A stretch of DNA of 64,000 bases from Rhizophagus irregularis (Eukaryota): assembly GCF_026210795.1 (NCBI RefSeq), contig NC_089432.1, forward strand, positions 5,084,001 to 5,148,000. Reading direction: 5' to 3'. Positions 36,186 to 50,807 of the stretch are shown here, in pieces (position 1 is the stretch's first letter; each line of letters begins with the position of its first letter). The notes under the pieces are model-generated. The model searched no databases. It was not told where the DNA came from and saw only the letters and a list, made by a program, of their open reading frames with translations. The position numbers and the translations under genes are program-made.

Positions 36186-37656
36186 ATTCCCTTGGGTGTG
36201 GGTAAAATACTAACTAAAAACCTCGTATTCAACCAGAGGCGCCCTCTTGGGCCTCTTCCCCTTTAGCGTTTCAAATCAAAACTGAAAAAAACTAACTAGC
36301 GCAAAAATTACTGCGGAAAATTAACAAAATGTAAAAAAAGGGGAAAGAGTTTTTTTTCCAAGGTTTCAAAATAAACTTTAGCCGAAATTTATTGCAATAA
36401 ACCATAAAATTCCACGTGACCAAATTTATATACATTTCAAATACTAAGAATTGCAAAATATATGAATTAAGAAATACTGAAATACATACAAAATGAAACA
36501 ATTTTGCTATATTTTTTGCATATATCAATAATATATATATTTTATTAGTAGTTTATTTCAGTATATAAAATTAAATATCTGATATGTTATTTATATTACA
36601 AAAATATTTGTTAAATCATTAGTAATTTGGAAATTAGAATATATTAGTGATATGTTTAACGTATTTTATGAAAATCAAAAGATTCAGCAAAGTAATTATA
36701 ATTACAATACTTAGTATATTATTGTGTTTATTTGATTTACCAGTATTTTCAAAATTGACCAGTAAAATTTAATCCTTTATTTTAAACTATTTATTTGCAC
36801 AAATACGTCAACGAAATTTACACTATAAGTAACTTAAGATTTTCACTAAAAAAAAATCGATCATTGATCAGTTCATGTCTGACAATATAATCAGACGCAT
36901 GGTCTTCTAATGTTTAATAGGGTTCCTTGCCTTTATCATATTTGTCTTTTACTTCCCAGATCCTCGGCTTTTCTTACTTTGCCTAATATTAGTCATCTTA
37001 CTCGCTTAATTTACTTTATTTTCTCTAGAGGTAACATCCGCCGCATGTATGGACATATTTTTTTTGTCTATAGGTTGTAGTTTTTTTAGACTGGTGGAAT
37101 TATTTCTAAGTTAATGTCTAAATTAATCATAATACTGCTAGCTTTCATATTGACCAATTATTTTTTTATTATAATTTTTTTTCTTTTTTTTATGAAAAAG
37201 TGCGTTTTTGGAGATCTAAAGGAAATTCCAAACTTGTAATTTTAATTTTAATTTTCTAAAAATGATTGATTTTCCAGGTAAACAGGAAGTAATTCCATGG
37301 AATAAGTAAAGTATTAAGCTAGTATAACCTTTTATGTATAATCTAAACGTTAAGGTGCTATGGAATCATATTGAGACACTAAAAGTGATTATTTTTTTTT
37401 CTTTAAAATCCGAAAGATAAAATGTTGTAAGTAAAAATTTCAACTGATCAGCGAATGATTACCTCACTAATTCAGTACACGTGATTTAAGTCAGATTTTT
37501 TGTCTAAATAATCGACCTGCATGCACATGTGTGTAATTTGTTTAATTTGCGTAATTTGTGTAATTGTATACCTAAATTAAATAAAAACTTTTTCCTCTTC
37601 TTTTCGTACTCGGATAAATATAACTTTTCCATAACAATATTATATACATATTCAAA

Positions 37657-39707
37657 ATGTCTGAAATGAACGAATGGGTTAAATGGATTGATGAAGCTAT
37701 TGCTAAAAAGCATATTAAGCATTACGAGTATAAATATTTTAAACATATTCAAGAAATTGGCACTGGTGGTTTCGGAAAGGTTTATCGTGCGAAATGGAAA
37801 AATTCATATCAATATTTTGCGTTAAAATCTCTTCTTAATATTGAAGAGGATGCTATTAAGGAACTTGTTCATGAGGTGAATATAAAATATGCATATTATA
37901 AACTTATTTATATATTATTTCTGATTTAAAAATTTATTTTATGTATAATTTATTTAGATTGAGCTTCAACGTGAAGTTACTTTCCATAATAACGTTATTA
38001 GCTTTCATGGAGTTACTATTTCAGATCAAGGTAATAAATAAAATGTTTTTTTTTTTAGAAAAATAATGTATGTTATTATATTACAATAAATTTAAAATTT
38101 ATCTTTTTTTTAGAGAATCAAAGTAACAACATTAAGAAATATCTTTTAGTGATGGAGTACGCTGATGGTGGTTCGCTTAGCAAGTATTTGAAAGAAAATT
38201 TTGAGAAACTTACATGGGAAGTTAAACTTAATCTTGCTTACCAATTGGCTAGTGCCGTATCATGCTTGCATGATGAAGACATAATACATCGTGATTTGGT
38301 AATTTATCAAATTTATTGATGAAATAATAATCATATAAATTATATTATTTTTACTATAACAATTTATATTTTATTTCTTTTATTATAGCATTCTAATAAT
38401 GTATTAGTCAATCAAAATACTATTAAATTGGCGGATTTCGGATTGTCAAAGAGAATCGAAGCGTCAACTAAAAAGAAAAAAGATTTATTTGGTATAGTTC
38501 CTTATATGGATCCAAAAAAATTCAGCAATAGATCATATTCTTTAAACAAGAAGAGTGACGTATACAGTGTAGGCGTACTTTTATGGGAGATATCAAATGG
38601 TAAGCCACCTTTTTATGTAGAAGGAGAGTCGTATGATTGTAGTTTAGCCTTCCAAATTGTGCAAGGTCATAGAGAAACTACTGTTCCTGATACTCCCATT
38701 GAATATGTTAAGCTTTATACTGGTAAGTTAACACTTTTTTATTTATTTTTAAAAATAGTATTATAATTGAAAATTTGGATTTTTTTTTAGAATGTTGGGA
38801 TGACAACCCAGATAATCGGCCATCTATTCAAGAAGTTGTTGAAAGATTAGATGGTATAATTAATCAAAAAACCGAAAATATTGATGAGAAAACTGATCAA
38901 TCATTTACAAATAAAAATATAGTTTTAAATAGTATTGAAGAATCATCACATGGAGAATTATCTCAGGTTATTCAAGAATTCAATAAAATGAATACAAAAG
39001 AAATAATGGGAACTATGACATCAACAAGTAATCAAATTATTAGCCAAAATATTTTACCTGAAAATGATTTAAGTGTAATAGTCAATAATATTACAGAATT
39101 TATTTTAGAAGTGCTGAATAATAAGAGAAATAATGATAAGTTAAGACAGAAAGTTATTGATTATTTTAATAATCAAAATATTAATCCACAAGAAATTTAT
39201 AATTGGCTATTTAATAATCAAAATTATAATTCAAATTCAATTTTTTTACTTGGATTTTTTAATCTTTATGGAATTGAAACAAGTGAAAATAAAATGATGG
39301 CTTTTGATTTATTTATTAATGCTTCTGAACAAGATCATACATTGGCACAATATTTTGTTGGTTTTTGTTATTATTGTGGACGTGGAACTTCACAAAACTA
39401 TCCATTAGCTTTTAAATATTATGAAAAAGTAGCTAATAAAGATTGTGCAATAGGACAGTTGTATACTGGGAGTTGTTATAGCAATGGTCATGGCATAAAT
39501 AAAGAACCAAAACTTGCTATTTATTGGTATGAAAAAGCTGCAAACAATGGGAATGTATTGGGCATGTCTAATCTTGGTTATTGTTATAAAATTGGAGAAG
39601 GTGTTGAAAAGGATATAGATAAAGCAATTTATTGGTATAAAAAATCTGCAGAACAAGGATATGAACGTGCTCAAAAATACCTAGAAGAATTAATGAAAAC
39701 CAAGTAA
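37657..39707 (+). CDS. Kinase + 4 Sel1 repeats, copy 4, intact, ~575 aa
   Basis: Exons 37657-37875, 37958-38030, 38114-38298, 38389-38722, 38791-39707 join in frame; GTGGFG, ALK, HRDLHSNN, DFG and SDVYS intact. Confidence 0.92.
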
Positions 39708-40861
39708 TTCATGTAATTTTATTTTAATCTGTAATCAATCTATTTATTAAATCATTTATATTATAAATGTAGTGTACTATACCGACATTTTGAAATGTTA
39801 TTTTATAACTATGTTAAATTAATTTATGGATAAATTTCAATGGCAAATCAGTATTTTAAAATTAATATCATTATAATTTCTATATTAAATGTTATTTTAT
39901 GTACTGTATTTGAAATTGGTAAAATCATCATGTTCTAATATTCCCTTTTTTTTTTAAAATAGAGCTTATGTTTTTAAAGTTAGATTATTATTCATTCTTT
40001 AAATTAGTAAAACTATCGGAAAATTTATTATAAAGGACGAAATAATTATAATTACAATACTTAGTATATTCGGTTATTGTTTTTTTATTTAATTTACCGG
40101 TATTTTCAAAATTGACCAGTAAAATTTAATCCTTTATTAAACTATTTATTTGCACAAATAAGTCAACGAAATTTACGCTATAAAAAAATCGATCATTGAT
40201 CAGTTCATGTTTAATGCTATCTGACAATATAATCAGACGCATGGTCGTATGGACATATTTTTTTGTCTAGACAGTAAGTTAACAGTGTATGTTAAGAAAT
40301 ATGATGTAATACTTTATGAGAAAAGAATAATCATAAAACAAGCATTCATATGACAAATTATTAAAACACTAAAAGATTTGTTGGTTGCCGATCGTACTAA
40401 AATAGAAAAGCTTGATTTGAAATGTATTTATATAATCAGCAAATCAATACCAAAGATGGGGGATCAGCATCTTAAAATGGAAATCACTCAAAAACTAATC
40501 TTATGTTAACGTTAAGTTAACGTTAACCTATCATGACATGTCAATCATTTCAAGTCATAACAATAACGTGACGCGCCACCCACCCACCCATAGGGTGATA
40601 TTGCACTTATATAGAATGATCTTTCTTGCTTAAAAATTATGGGATAAAATTTTTAGCAAATCATGTGAAAACTGAATAATTTTTTTGTTAGCCAAAAATG
40701 ATCAACAACCGGATGACAAATTTTAATATTATGTAAATAAACAATTTGTTTGTATTACTTATTTAAATATAGATACATTTTTTTTTTATTTTGAACCAAA
40801 AAATAAACAATAATCAAATGGTAAATTTTCATTATCGTCGTCATTACATTATCGTTATAAT

Positions 40862-41941
40862 TAAAGTTCCCTGCCGAAATTAGGGAGTTTCGGCATGTCA
40901 AAATTGTCAAAACTATTTTGACATGTCAAAATTGTCGAAACCTAAAAATATTACATTTCACGTAATAACTCTGCGTCCAATGATCATAGAAAGATGCACT
41001 ATAGCTCGTTGGAATCGTCTCATAACGACGAGTCGAATGGTGGCTAAATCGTCTTTCTACGATCACTGGATGCCGAGATATTAAGCGAAACGTCAAAAAT
41101 CGGCATTTTGTATTTTGCGATACTGCGCCATTTGACGTTTCACTTAATAACTCGCCATCCAATGATCGTAGAAAGATGCACCATAGCTCGTTGGAATCGT
41201 CTCATAACGACGAGTCGAATGGTGGCTAAATCGTCTTTCTACGATCACTGGATGCCGAGATATTAAGCGAAACGTCAAAAATCGGCATTTTGTATTTTGC
41301 GATACTGCGCCATTTGACGTTTCACTTAATAACTCGCCATCCAATGATCGTAGAAAGATGCACCATAGCTCGTTGGAATCGTCTCATAACGATGAGTCGA
41401 ATGGTTGCTAATCGTCTTTCTACGATCACTGGATGCCGAGATATTGAGCGAAACGTCAAAAATCAGCATTTTGTATTTTGCGCTACTGCGCCGTTTGACG
41501 TTTCGTCTATTATCTCGGCATCCAATGATCGTAGAAAGATGATATTTAACCACCATTCGACTCGTCGTTATGAGACGAATCCAACGAGCTATGGTGCATC
41601 TTTCTACGATCATTGGATGCCGAGTTATTAAGTGAAACGTCAAATGGCGCAGTATCGCAAAATACAAAATGCTGATTTTTGACGTTTCGCTCAATATCTC
41701 GGCATCCAGTGATCGTAGAAAGACGATCTACCCACCATTCGACTCGTCGTTATGAGACGATTCCAACGAGCTATGGTGCATCTTTCTACGATCATTGGAC
41801 GCCGAGTTATTACGTGAAACGTAATATTTTTAGGTTTCGACAATTTTGACATGTCGAAACTATTTCGGCATTTCGGCATTTCTACAGGTTTTAGTTTCGA
41901 CATTTCGACAATAGCCTGTAGAGTTTTGGCAGGCAACTTTA
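40862..41941. mobile_element. hAT-type non-autonomous foldback element, 1080 bp, built from 182-bp repeats
   Basis: TIRs TAAAGTTCCCTGCCGAAA / TTTTGGCAGGCAACTTTA; 8-bp TSD GTTATAAT (40854-40861, 41942-41949). Direct repeats at 40978, 41160 and 41342, then inverted copies at ~41550-41860. Confidence 0.9.
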
Positions 41942-44900
41942 GTTATAATGCTATCATGAAAATTTTTTCAGGGTAGTAATTCTAAAAATGATTAACAATC
42001 AGATAATAAGATTGTTGTTTTATTATAATGTTATCATAAAATTTTTTTTCTCAACAATTGGATGATAAAATTAAATAAATGTTATATCAAGTAATTTTTT
42101 ATTTTGAAACAAAACAATAAACAACAACTAAATGGTAAAATTTCATTATCATTGTCTTATTATTATGATATTCAGTTATCATAATTTTCCAGAACTAAAA
42201 ATGATCAACAATCGGATAGTAGAATTGTTTTATTACAATATAATCATGAAAAATTTTTTTCCAGAGCCGTAATTCCAAAAATGATGATAGTAAATATTAA
42301 ATAAATGCTTTATCAAGTAATAAACAATCTTTCTGTATTGTTATTTAAAGTTAATCATATATTCTGATATATATATTTTTTTATTTTTAAACCAAAAAAT
42401 AAACAACAATCAAGATAATTAACCTTAAAATGATTAACAAGTGAAATAACTAAGCCAAAAATGATTAACAAGCAAAATAAACCGAAAATGATCATCCTTT
42501 ACCAAATGAGAAAAAAATTATGTTAATAGCTAGTTAAGAGTAATTTCTCATTTTTTTTATAGATATGTTAAATATAATCAAAAATTTTGCAAATAAAGTG
42601 AAAGTTATGGTTTGGCTAGAAAAGCCCGGTGAGCGAAGCGAGCCAAATGAAATTGCATCATCATAATAAATCACATGAATATTTAATACACAATCACATG
42701 ATCTACCAGTAATTTTTCCACCAGTTAAAATTTAGAAATTCTCTTTAAATCTTAAAAACTATTTATCATAATAATTATGATACTGTATGGTAGTATAAAC
42801 CAACTTAATTAAAAAAAAAGTCAGAATTATTACAGTTCTAATTATACTATGACTATAGCTCCCTGCCATGTTTAATGTTAACTTGTTTTTATACAAGATT
42901 TTCTTCTTCTTTATTTTATGAAAAAGTGCGGTCTCTGAAATCCAAATTGATTTTCCAAATAGGCAGGCAGTAATTTCATGGAATAAGGAACTGAAGGTAT
43001 AAAACTAGTATTAATCTTTTTAATAAGTATAACTTAAACGTAAGGATGCTATAGAATATTGAGACAATAAAAGCGATTATTTTTGTTTCTTTAAAGATTC
43101 GGTCCGGTTGCATACTAAAATGTCAAAATAAGAAGAAACCTTTTTTTTTTTTATTTTGTTTATCACATCTTCAAAAAAAATTGTTTTATGATTATCAAAA
43201 TATTTAATTAATTTTTCTTTTATTGGATATTCCTTTATTCGTTAATTTAGAATATAATTATTGATATCTGCTATAGAATCAATTTTTTGAATATTCATTT
43301 TATCAAAATTTTGAATATTCCTGCCATTATATCCAATTTATGTCTTTCTCAGAGTATTGATTTTTTGTTTATTCGACACTTTGATAAATCCCAATTCAGT
43401 ACTATTTACCTCAAAGGCGGTCATATTTTGATCCTGGAGTTGAGTTACGAACGTCAATTACGTGAAGTATTTAGGTTTATGAACCTCTGAAGAAATTCTG
43501 ATCGTGCTTATTGCACAAGCGGTCGTGAAAACGAAATAATTAAACTACAGGTTACTTTGATCTTGCTTTGTTTTATACTTTATTTTTACTTTATCAATAA
43601 AACTTTGAATTTTTGAGATTCCACGGCGTTATATATGTAATTCTGGCCCTGAAGAGACACGTAGAGCTAATAGTAAATGAGTACAAGTCCTTTGTTACCT
43701 ATTTACAGTTATATGTCCTTCCTGCCTTACAGCGCAATCCTGGTATTTAAATATACCTTAAATATAATAAGGCTAGGAAATGAAAGCCGCTGTAATTTTG
43801 AGTGAATGATATTTTTAATTTGATCAACAATCTATAAAATTGTATGTGAAGTAAAATGCCAATTTTTTTTAGAAATTGCATGAAAAAAAAATTTCATAAT
43901 ATATTGAGATATAAGAGTCAAAATATAATAATATTATATATTTTTATATATAACAAATAATGTAGTATAACGACTGTGACGACGTGCGAGGATCAACGGA
44001 AATTTTTACTTGACCTTCATTACTTTTGCATTAAACCATAAAAGTATAATGTCCCTTGCTGCGCAGCGTTTTGGACGATAACAAAATACTAATTAATATT
44101 GATTCATTTGAAATAGTAATAGTTATTGCATCAGTCAGACAAGAACATGCTGATATTTTAAAAATAGTATATAAAAAGCATGATTTTTATGACGTAAAAA
44201 CTTAAAATAATACATTTAATTTCAGCCGGAACTAGTCTGAAGTTCAGGATTAGTAATACCCCATTTTTCATCGAAAAATTTTCAGATTAATTGAGAAATA
44301 AAAATTTTTTAATTTATTAAACATTAATATTGTACAAAAAATTTTATACCTTCAAAAAAGAATCATTTTCTTGTTACGTTAAATTAAAATTTTATCCTCA
44401 AAAATGATTGTAAATGTGATCAATTCTTGAGGTCTAAGAAACTAATTTCTTTAATATATCTGAGGTAACATATTACTCATAAGCAAGTAAGTCTTACTTC
44501 ATAAATATATTGTAAATTAAAAATCTCTTTATATATATAATTTACTACTCATAATTATATTTCCAACTCAATATATTTTAAGATAAGAAAGAGAAATGTA
44601 TTCTGCTAATACATCTCGTACAATTATACTGATCAATTAGTTTATTTAAATCACTTTTTCACGCATGTAATATATATCTCTCTGGTCTCTGCCAAATTTG
44701 TATTAAAAATATGCAAATTAATAACATGAATTTAGTTAAAAGATCCATAGATTGTATACAAATCAAAAATCTAACGCTGTAAAAATATTACGGAGACGCG
44801 CCAGATGTGGGATCCTACATCAACATGAAATCTCGTATCAGAAAATATATAGAGACATTGTTTAATCACAAAAGAGAATTCCTAATAGTACGCAAATAAA

Positions 44901-46399
44901 ATATTTCCATCGAATGAGAACATTAATATTAAATCAAAGAGAAGCTACTTTAAGTTTTATTAAGAAAGAAGATACAAATATATACAAGGACTTTTATCCG
45001 TTTTTATTTATAAGAAACTGGATTTATTTTTGGATATACAAAGGTTGTAGATGTGGGTTACCAGTTGCTTATGTAAAGCCAGTTGGAGATGTCACCTTTA
45101 TGAGAAAGGAATCATATTTTCTTCGGGAATTAATATAGAAAAAGAATCACGGGAAACTGAACTCATATGGAGTACTTTAGGATTATGATAAATATTTAAA
45201 AGAAAGTTTATAATAAGAAATGTATTAGCTATAGTCTATAGAAAAGAGATTACATATTTAGATTGATTTTATATAATTAAATGTTATGATGCGAAATTTA
45301 ATAAGGATCATAGCAAAAGAATGAAAAACGTTAAAAAGAAGGTTAATATTGATCTGAATATGGCTTATTTTAATAAAATTATTAAAGTATTAATAATTAT
45401 TATTAAACAGACTTGAAGAAAAATATATTTCTCAAAAGAAGTGTACCCGAACTGATAGAATGCAGATACTAAAGTAGCAGACATTTTTGTTTTATTGATT
45501 AAAAAAAATTGTGAAATTTTCTTTTTAAACAATGGTCGTTAAAAAAAAATTCTTGCACTTTTCTTTAATTGTTAAATAAAATAATTTATTAAATTTTTTT
45601 AAGAAAATTCCAATTTTAATAATTTTTTTAAAAAAAAATTATTCACGATAATACACTAAAAAAATCGGATCATTTTTGGATTTAAACTTTTTTATTTTAA
45701 GCTTAGTCAAATTAAAATTGAAATCGAAAACGTGATTGAAAACAAAATTGGTTCGTTTCATTTTAAACTCACATATTAAGAAAATCACAATATATCTCAT
45801 GTAATCGTTTACTATAAACTATCCTACCTATCAATGTTACATTGAACTGTTAAGTATTTGCATGTTAATACTGTAATTACTGTATTATCAAGTTCAAATT
45901 TTGTCTCTACTTACTTATTTTAATAAATCATCTTAAAGATTGCCATTAATTTATTTTGGAGAATAAGACTGATAACGTGATCGAGATCGAAAATGAAATC
46001 GGAACTTTCTTTCTTTCAGTTCCGATTCAAAATACAGTATTTTTATAAAAAATTTTTTACTTTTTGAAGAAATTAGATGTTTTCTTCTTTTACTTTTTTA
46101 GGTATTGCTTCATAGGATGATTACTTGGATCGGTAAGTTTCAAAACAAAGCATCGAAACCTGATTTTTTTTTTCATCTTTATTTTTTGTAGGGGTCAGTT
46201 CCGATTTCAGGAAGATTTGGGTTGGACTACACGAACAAAAATTATTTTTAAAGAAATGTTAACTTTTCATCTTTGTTTTTTTTGTAGGTTTTGGTTTCCT
46301 TTAGGTGAATAATAAATATATTTTGAGATAAAATTTTAAATCTTGTTGGTTTCTTCTTTAAGTGTAGGTTTTGGCCGAATCCTTCCACAGGAAGCACTA

Positions 46400-47400
46400 A
46401 AATTTTTCTAAAAGTTATGGGTTGATGGTATATTTTGAAGTTATAATGTTGCAACTTTAAATTCTTATTTAATAGATGTCCACAAAATTTTCTTTCTTGT
46501 ACATAGAAGTAATAAATATATCATAATTACATTGTAGTATGTTTTTTTAATTTTCTTTACTTAAAATTCATAACAAAATAACTTTTGTAATAACATATAC
46601 TTTAACAACGGAAATTTTAAAATTTTCTTCAGAAAAATTTTTATATTTCTTTAGAATAAAATATTTTCTAAAAATTATTATACATGACTTGATTCTTTTT
46701 AGTTTTAAATTATAAGATAAGAGTAGTAATATTTTTAATTATTTATCTATTTACAATTAAAACGTCAATACTTCTTTTATATATTTCCAATAATTAATTT
46801 ACAATCCTTAAAATTACATAACATTAAACTAAATGTAAAATTTGAGGAATACATGATGAATGTAAATTATTATAAACTTTCACATGCTTGACTTACATTT
46901 TATACAACTTCATATAGCTGTAAATAATATTCAAAGTACCAATGGAAATCTTGATTAAAATATTTTCTAATTCTTATAAGGTTTCATTTCTACTTACAAA
47001 TACTGTAACGTATTTTATTTTTGGACAATATTTGTAAATTGCCTGATTATATTCTTCTTTTTGATTATTATAATCATCTAAATTCTAATTTTAATTTTTC
47101 TTGTCAATATTTAGAAGCAATAGATACAGATAAGATAATTTTGGATGAATATGACCGTAACAAATTCCTGAATTTGATAATTAAATCAACTCTACTCGCA
47201 GTCTCGATTTATACATTCCTCATGTTCCTGAAGATTTTAATATAGAATCTTTAAAATCGTTTTTTAACAATTGGAATTGTAAAAATAAAAAATTTACAAT
47301 TATATCATTGTGAATTTGTATGGTATAAATTTATTAAAGAATTCAAAATAGAAGGACAGAGTTAATATATATGAATATTATGATGATAAATTTTGGAATT
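46400..47400 (+). pseudogene. Possible highly decayed F-box/LRR-type gene remnant
   Basis: Only short fragments (FSCQYLEAI, FFNNW) reminiscent of expanded Glomeromycota F-box/LRR proteins; boundaries approximate. Confidence 0.3.
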
Positions 47401-48789
47401 ATGAGATCAAATAGTAGCTAATTTATTGAATACCTAAGTAATAAAGAAATTATTGACTGAATAGTTTATGTCTAATTCATATTTAGAAGCAATTAAATAT
47501 TTGTGTGAATAAAATAATATAAAGGATAATTAATAAAATTTTAACTGGCGATTAATAATAATGTAAATAAAATGCCAATAAAATTTTATCTAAAACTTTA
47601 AAAGTTCAACGTGCACATTTATAACAGATAGAAATGATATATTCAATATGTTATATGTACAGTATGTATTGCAAATTAAAGTAACTATAAGCTTCATGAA
47701 TAAAATGGCGACAGTCCCATATTTTAGATATATCTCAGATTATCATAATCTTAAAATTTTTTTTTTATTTTGAGCTTTTATGCTAAGACATGATCTTTTT
47801 TTAAAAAATTCAATAAGTTATGCCTTAATTGATAAACTAAGCTTCTTAAAAAAGAATGTTTTTTCTTTTCAGTGCGACCAGATTTTTAAAGAAACAAAAA
47901 GAAACACTTTTAGTGTTTCAATATTTCATAGCATCCTAGCTAACGTTTGTAAATTAATAATAGTCTAGTACTTTTCTTATTTACGAAATCATTTCCGCTT
48001 ATTTTGGAAATCAATCAATCATTTTAGAAATTAAAATTACAATTTGTCAATTTACAAGGTTGTAATTACTTTTAGATTTCAGAGACCGAATAAAATCACA
48101 CTTTTTCATAAAAAAAAAAAAAGAAAATTTGGAACAAAATAATTGGTCAATATGAAAGCTAGCATTATAATCATTATTTTCTCATAAAGTATTACAAATT
48201 TTAACTGTCGGTATAACTATATGAGCCTAACTGTCTATACGACCATGTGTCTGATCATATTGTCCAATCATGAACTGATTTTTTTAGTGAAAATCTTGTA
48301 TTACTTGTAGTGTAAATTTTGTTGACTTATTTGTGCAAATAAATAGTTTAAAATCAAATGATTTAAATTTTAATTGGTCAATTTTGATAGTACTGGTAAA
48401 TTAAATTAAAAAAATAATGTATGAATAAAATTATTAAATATAGTAATTATAGTTAATTTCGTCATTTATTTATGTAAGTAAATTTCCCGATAGTTTAGTA
48501 ATAAATTAAAGAGTGAATAATAATCTAACTTTAAAAATATAGCTCTTTAAAAAAAATACATGATGATTTTACCCATTTCAAATACATAAAATAACATTTA
48601 ATGTCGCATTACAAGAAATTTTAATAATATTAATTAATGCTGATTTGCCATAGAAATTTATCCATAAATTAATTTAACATAGTTATAAATTAACATTTCA
48701 AAATGTATACACTACATTTATAATAAAAATGATTTATTAATAAATAAATTGATTACAGATTACAAATAAAATTACATGAATTACTTGGT

Positions 48790-50807
48790 TTACATTAATT
48801 CTTCTAATCGTTTTTGAGCATATTCATATCCTTGTTCTGCAGCTTTTTTATACCAATAAATTGCTTTATCTATATCTTTTTCAACACCTTCTCCAATTTT
48901 ATAATAAGTGCCAAGATTACACATGCCCACTATATTCCCATTATTTGCAGCTTTTTCATACCAATAAAAAGAAAGTTTAGGTTCTTTATTTATGCCATAT
49001 CCATTACTATAACAACTCCCAGTAGACAACTGTCCTATTGCATAATCTTTATTAGCTACTTTTTCATAATATTTAAAAGCTAATGATTTATTTTCTGAAG
49101 TTCCAAGTCCAAGATAATAACAATCCGCAACATAAAATTGTGCCAATATATGATCTTGTTCAGAAGCATTAATAAATAAATCAAATGCCATATTATAATT
49201 TATACTTGTTTCAATTCCATAAAATTTAAAAAATCCAAGTAAAAAAATTGAAATTGAATTATAATTTTGATTAATAAATAGCCAATTATAAATTTCTTGT
49301 GAATTAATATTTTGATTATTAAAATAATCAATAACTTTCTGTCTTAACCCCTCCCTCTTTCTCTTATTTAGCACTTCTGAAATAAATTCTGTAATATTAT
49401 TAACTATTACACTTAAATCATTTTCAGGTAAAATATTTTGGTTAATAATTTGATTACTTGATGTCATAGTTCCCATTATTTCTTTTGTATTCATTTTATT
49501 GAATTCTTGAATAACCTGAGATAATTCTCCATGTGATGATTCTTCAATAGGATTTAAAACTATATTTTTATTTGTCAATGATTGATCAGTTTTCTCATCA
49601 ATATTTTCGTCTTTTTGATTAATTATACCATCTAATCTTTCAACAACTTCTTGAATAGATGGCCTATTATCTGGATTGTCGTCCCAACATTCTAAAAAAA
49701 ATCAAAATATTCAATTATAAAACTATTTTCATAAAAAAATAAAAAATGTTAAACTTACCAGTATAAAGCTTAACATATTCAATGGGAGTATCAGGAACAG
49801 TAGTTTCTCTATGACCTTGCACAATTTGGAAGGCTAAACCACAATCATACGATTCTCCTTCTACATAAAAAGGTGGCTTACCACTTGATATCTCCCACAA
49901 AAGTACACCTACACTGTATACGTCACTCTTCTTGTTTAAAGAATATGATCTATTGCTGAATTTTTTTGGATCCATATAAGGAACTACACCAAATAAATCT
50001 TTTTTCTTTTTAGTTGATGCTTCAATTCTCTTTGACAATCCAAAATCCGCCAATTTGATAGTATCTTGATTGACTAATACATTATTAGAATGCTATAATA
50101 AAAGAAATAAAATATAAATAATGATAATAAATAATATAATTAATATAATAATTATTTTATCAATAAATTTGATAAATTACCAAATCACGATGTATTATGT
50201 CTTCATCATGCAAGCATGATACGGCACTAGCCAACTGGTAAGCAAATTTAAATTTATCTTCCCATATAAGTTTCTCAAAATTTTCTTTTAAATAATTGCA
50301 AAGAGAACCACCGTCAGCGTACTCCATCACTAAAAGATATTTCTTAACGTTATCATTTTGATTTTCTAAATAAATAAAGAATTTATTATTTTCAATTGAT
50401 TGTATTTAATAATACAAAATATCATTTTATTTATTACCTTGATCTGAAATAGTAATTCCATAAAAACTAATAATATTATCATGAAAAATAACTTCACGTT
50501 GAAGTTCAATCTACATATTAACAATAAAAAATTTAAAACGGAAATAACATATAAATTATGTTAGTATAATACATCATATTTTAATCACCTCATTAACAAG
50601 TTCCTTAATTGCTCCTTCATCAATATTAAGAAGAGATTTCAATGCAAAATATTTAGGTAAATTTTTCCATTTCGCACGATAAACTTTTCCAAAACCACCG
50701 ATACCAATTTCTTGAATATCTTTAAAATATTTATATTCGTAATGTTTAATATGCTTTTTAGCAATAGCTTCATCAATCCACTTAAACCATTCATTCATTT
50801 CTGACAT
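48790..50807 (-). CDS. Kinase + 4 Sel1 repeats, copy 5, intact, ~570 aa
   Basis: Exons 50807-50589, 50510-50438, 50365-50181, 50092-49759, 49691-48790 join in frame; kinase motifs intact. Confidence 0.92.

Larger units (their letters stand above)
20282..36373 (-). mobile_element. Tandem array of three unclassified units bounded by an identical 14-bp motif
   Basis: AAGGTTTCAAAATA occurs at 20282, 20375, 23059 and 36360. Units are 20296-20374 (79 bp), 20389-23058 (2670 bp) and 23073-36359 (~2750 bp after removing the Gypsy). On the minus strand each starts GG and ends in an (AAATA)n-like tail. Confidence 0.8.

Noticed and set aside
40926..41936. Several ORFs in the 182-bp repeat
   Set aside because: They recur on both strands because of direct and inverted repeats, and show no domain signal.
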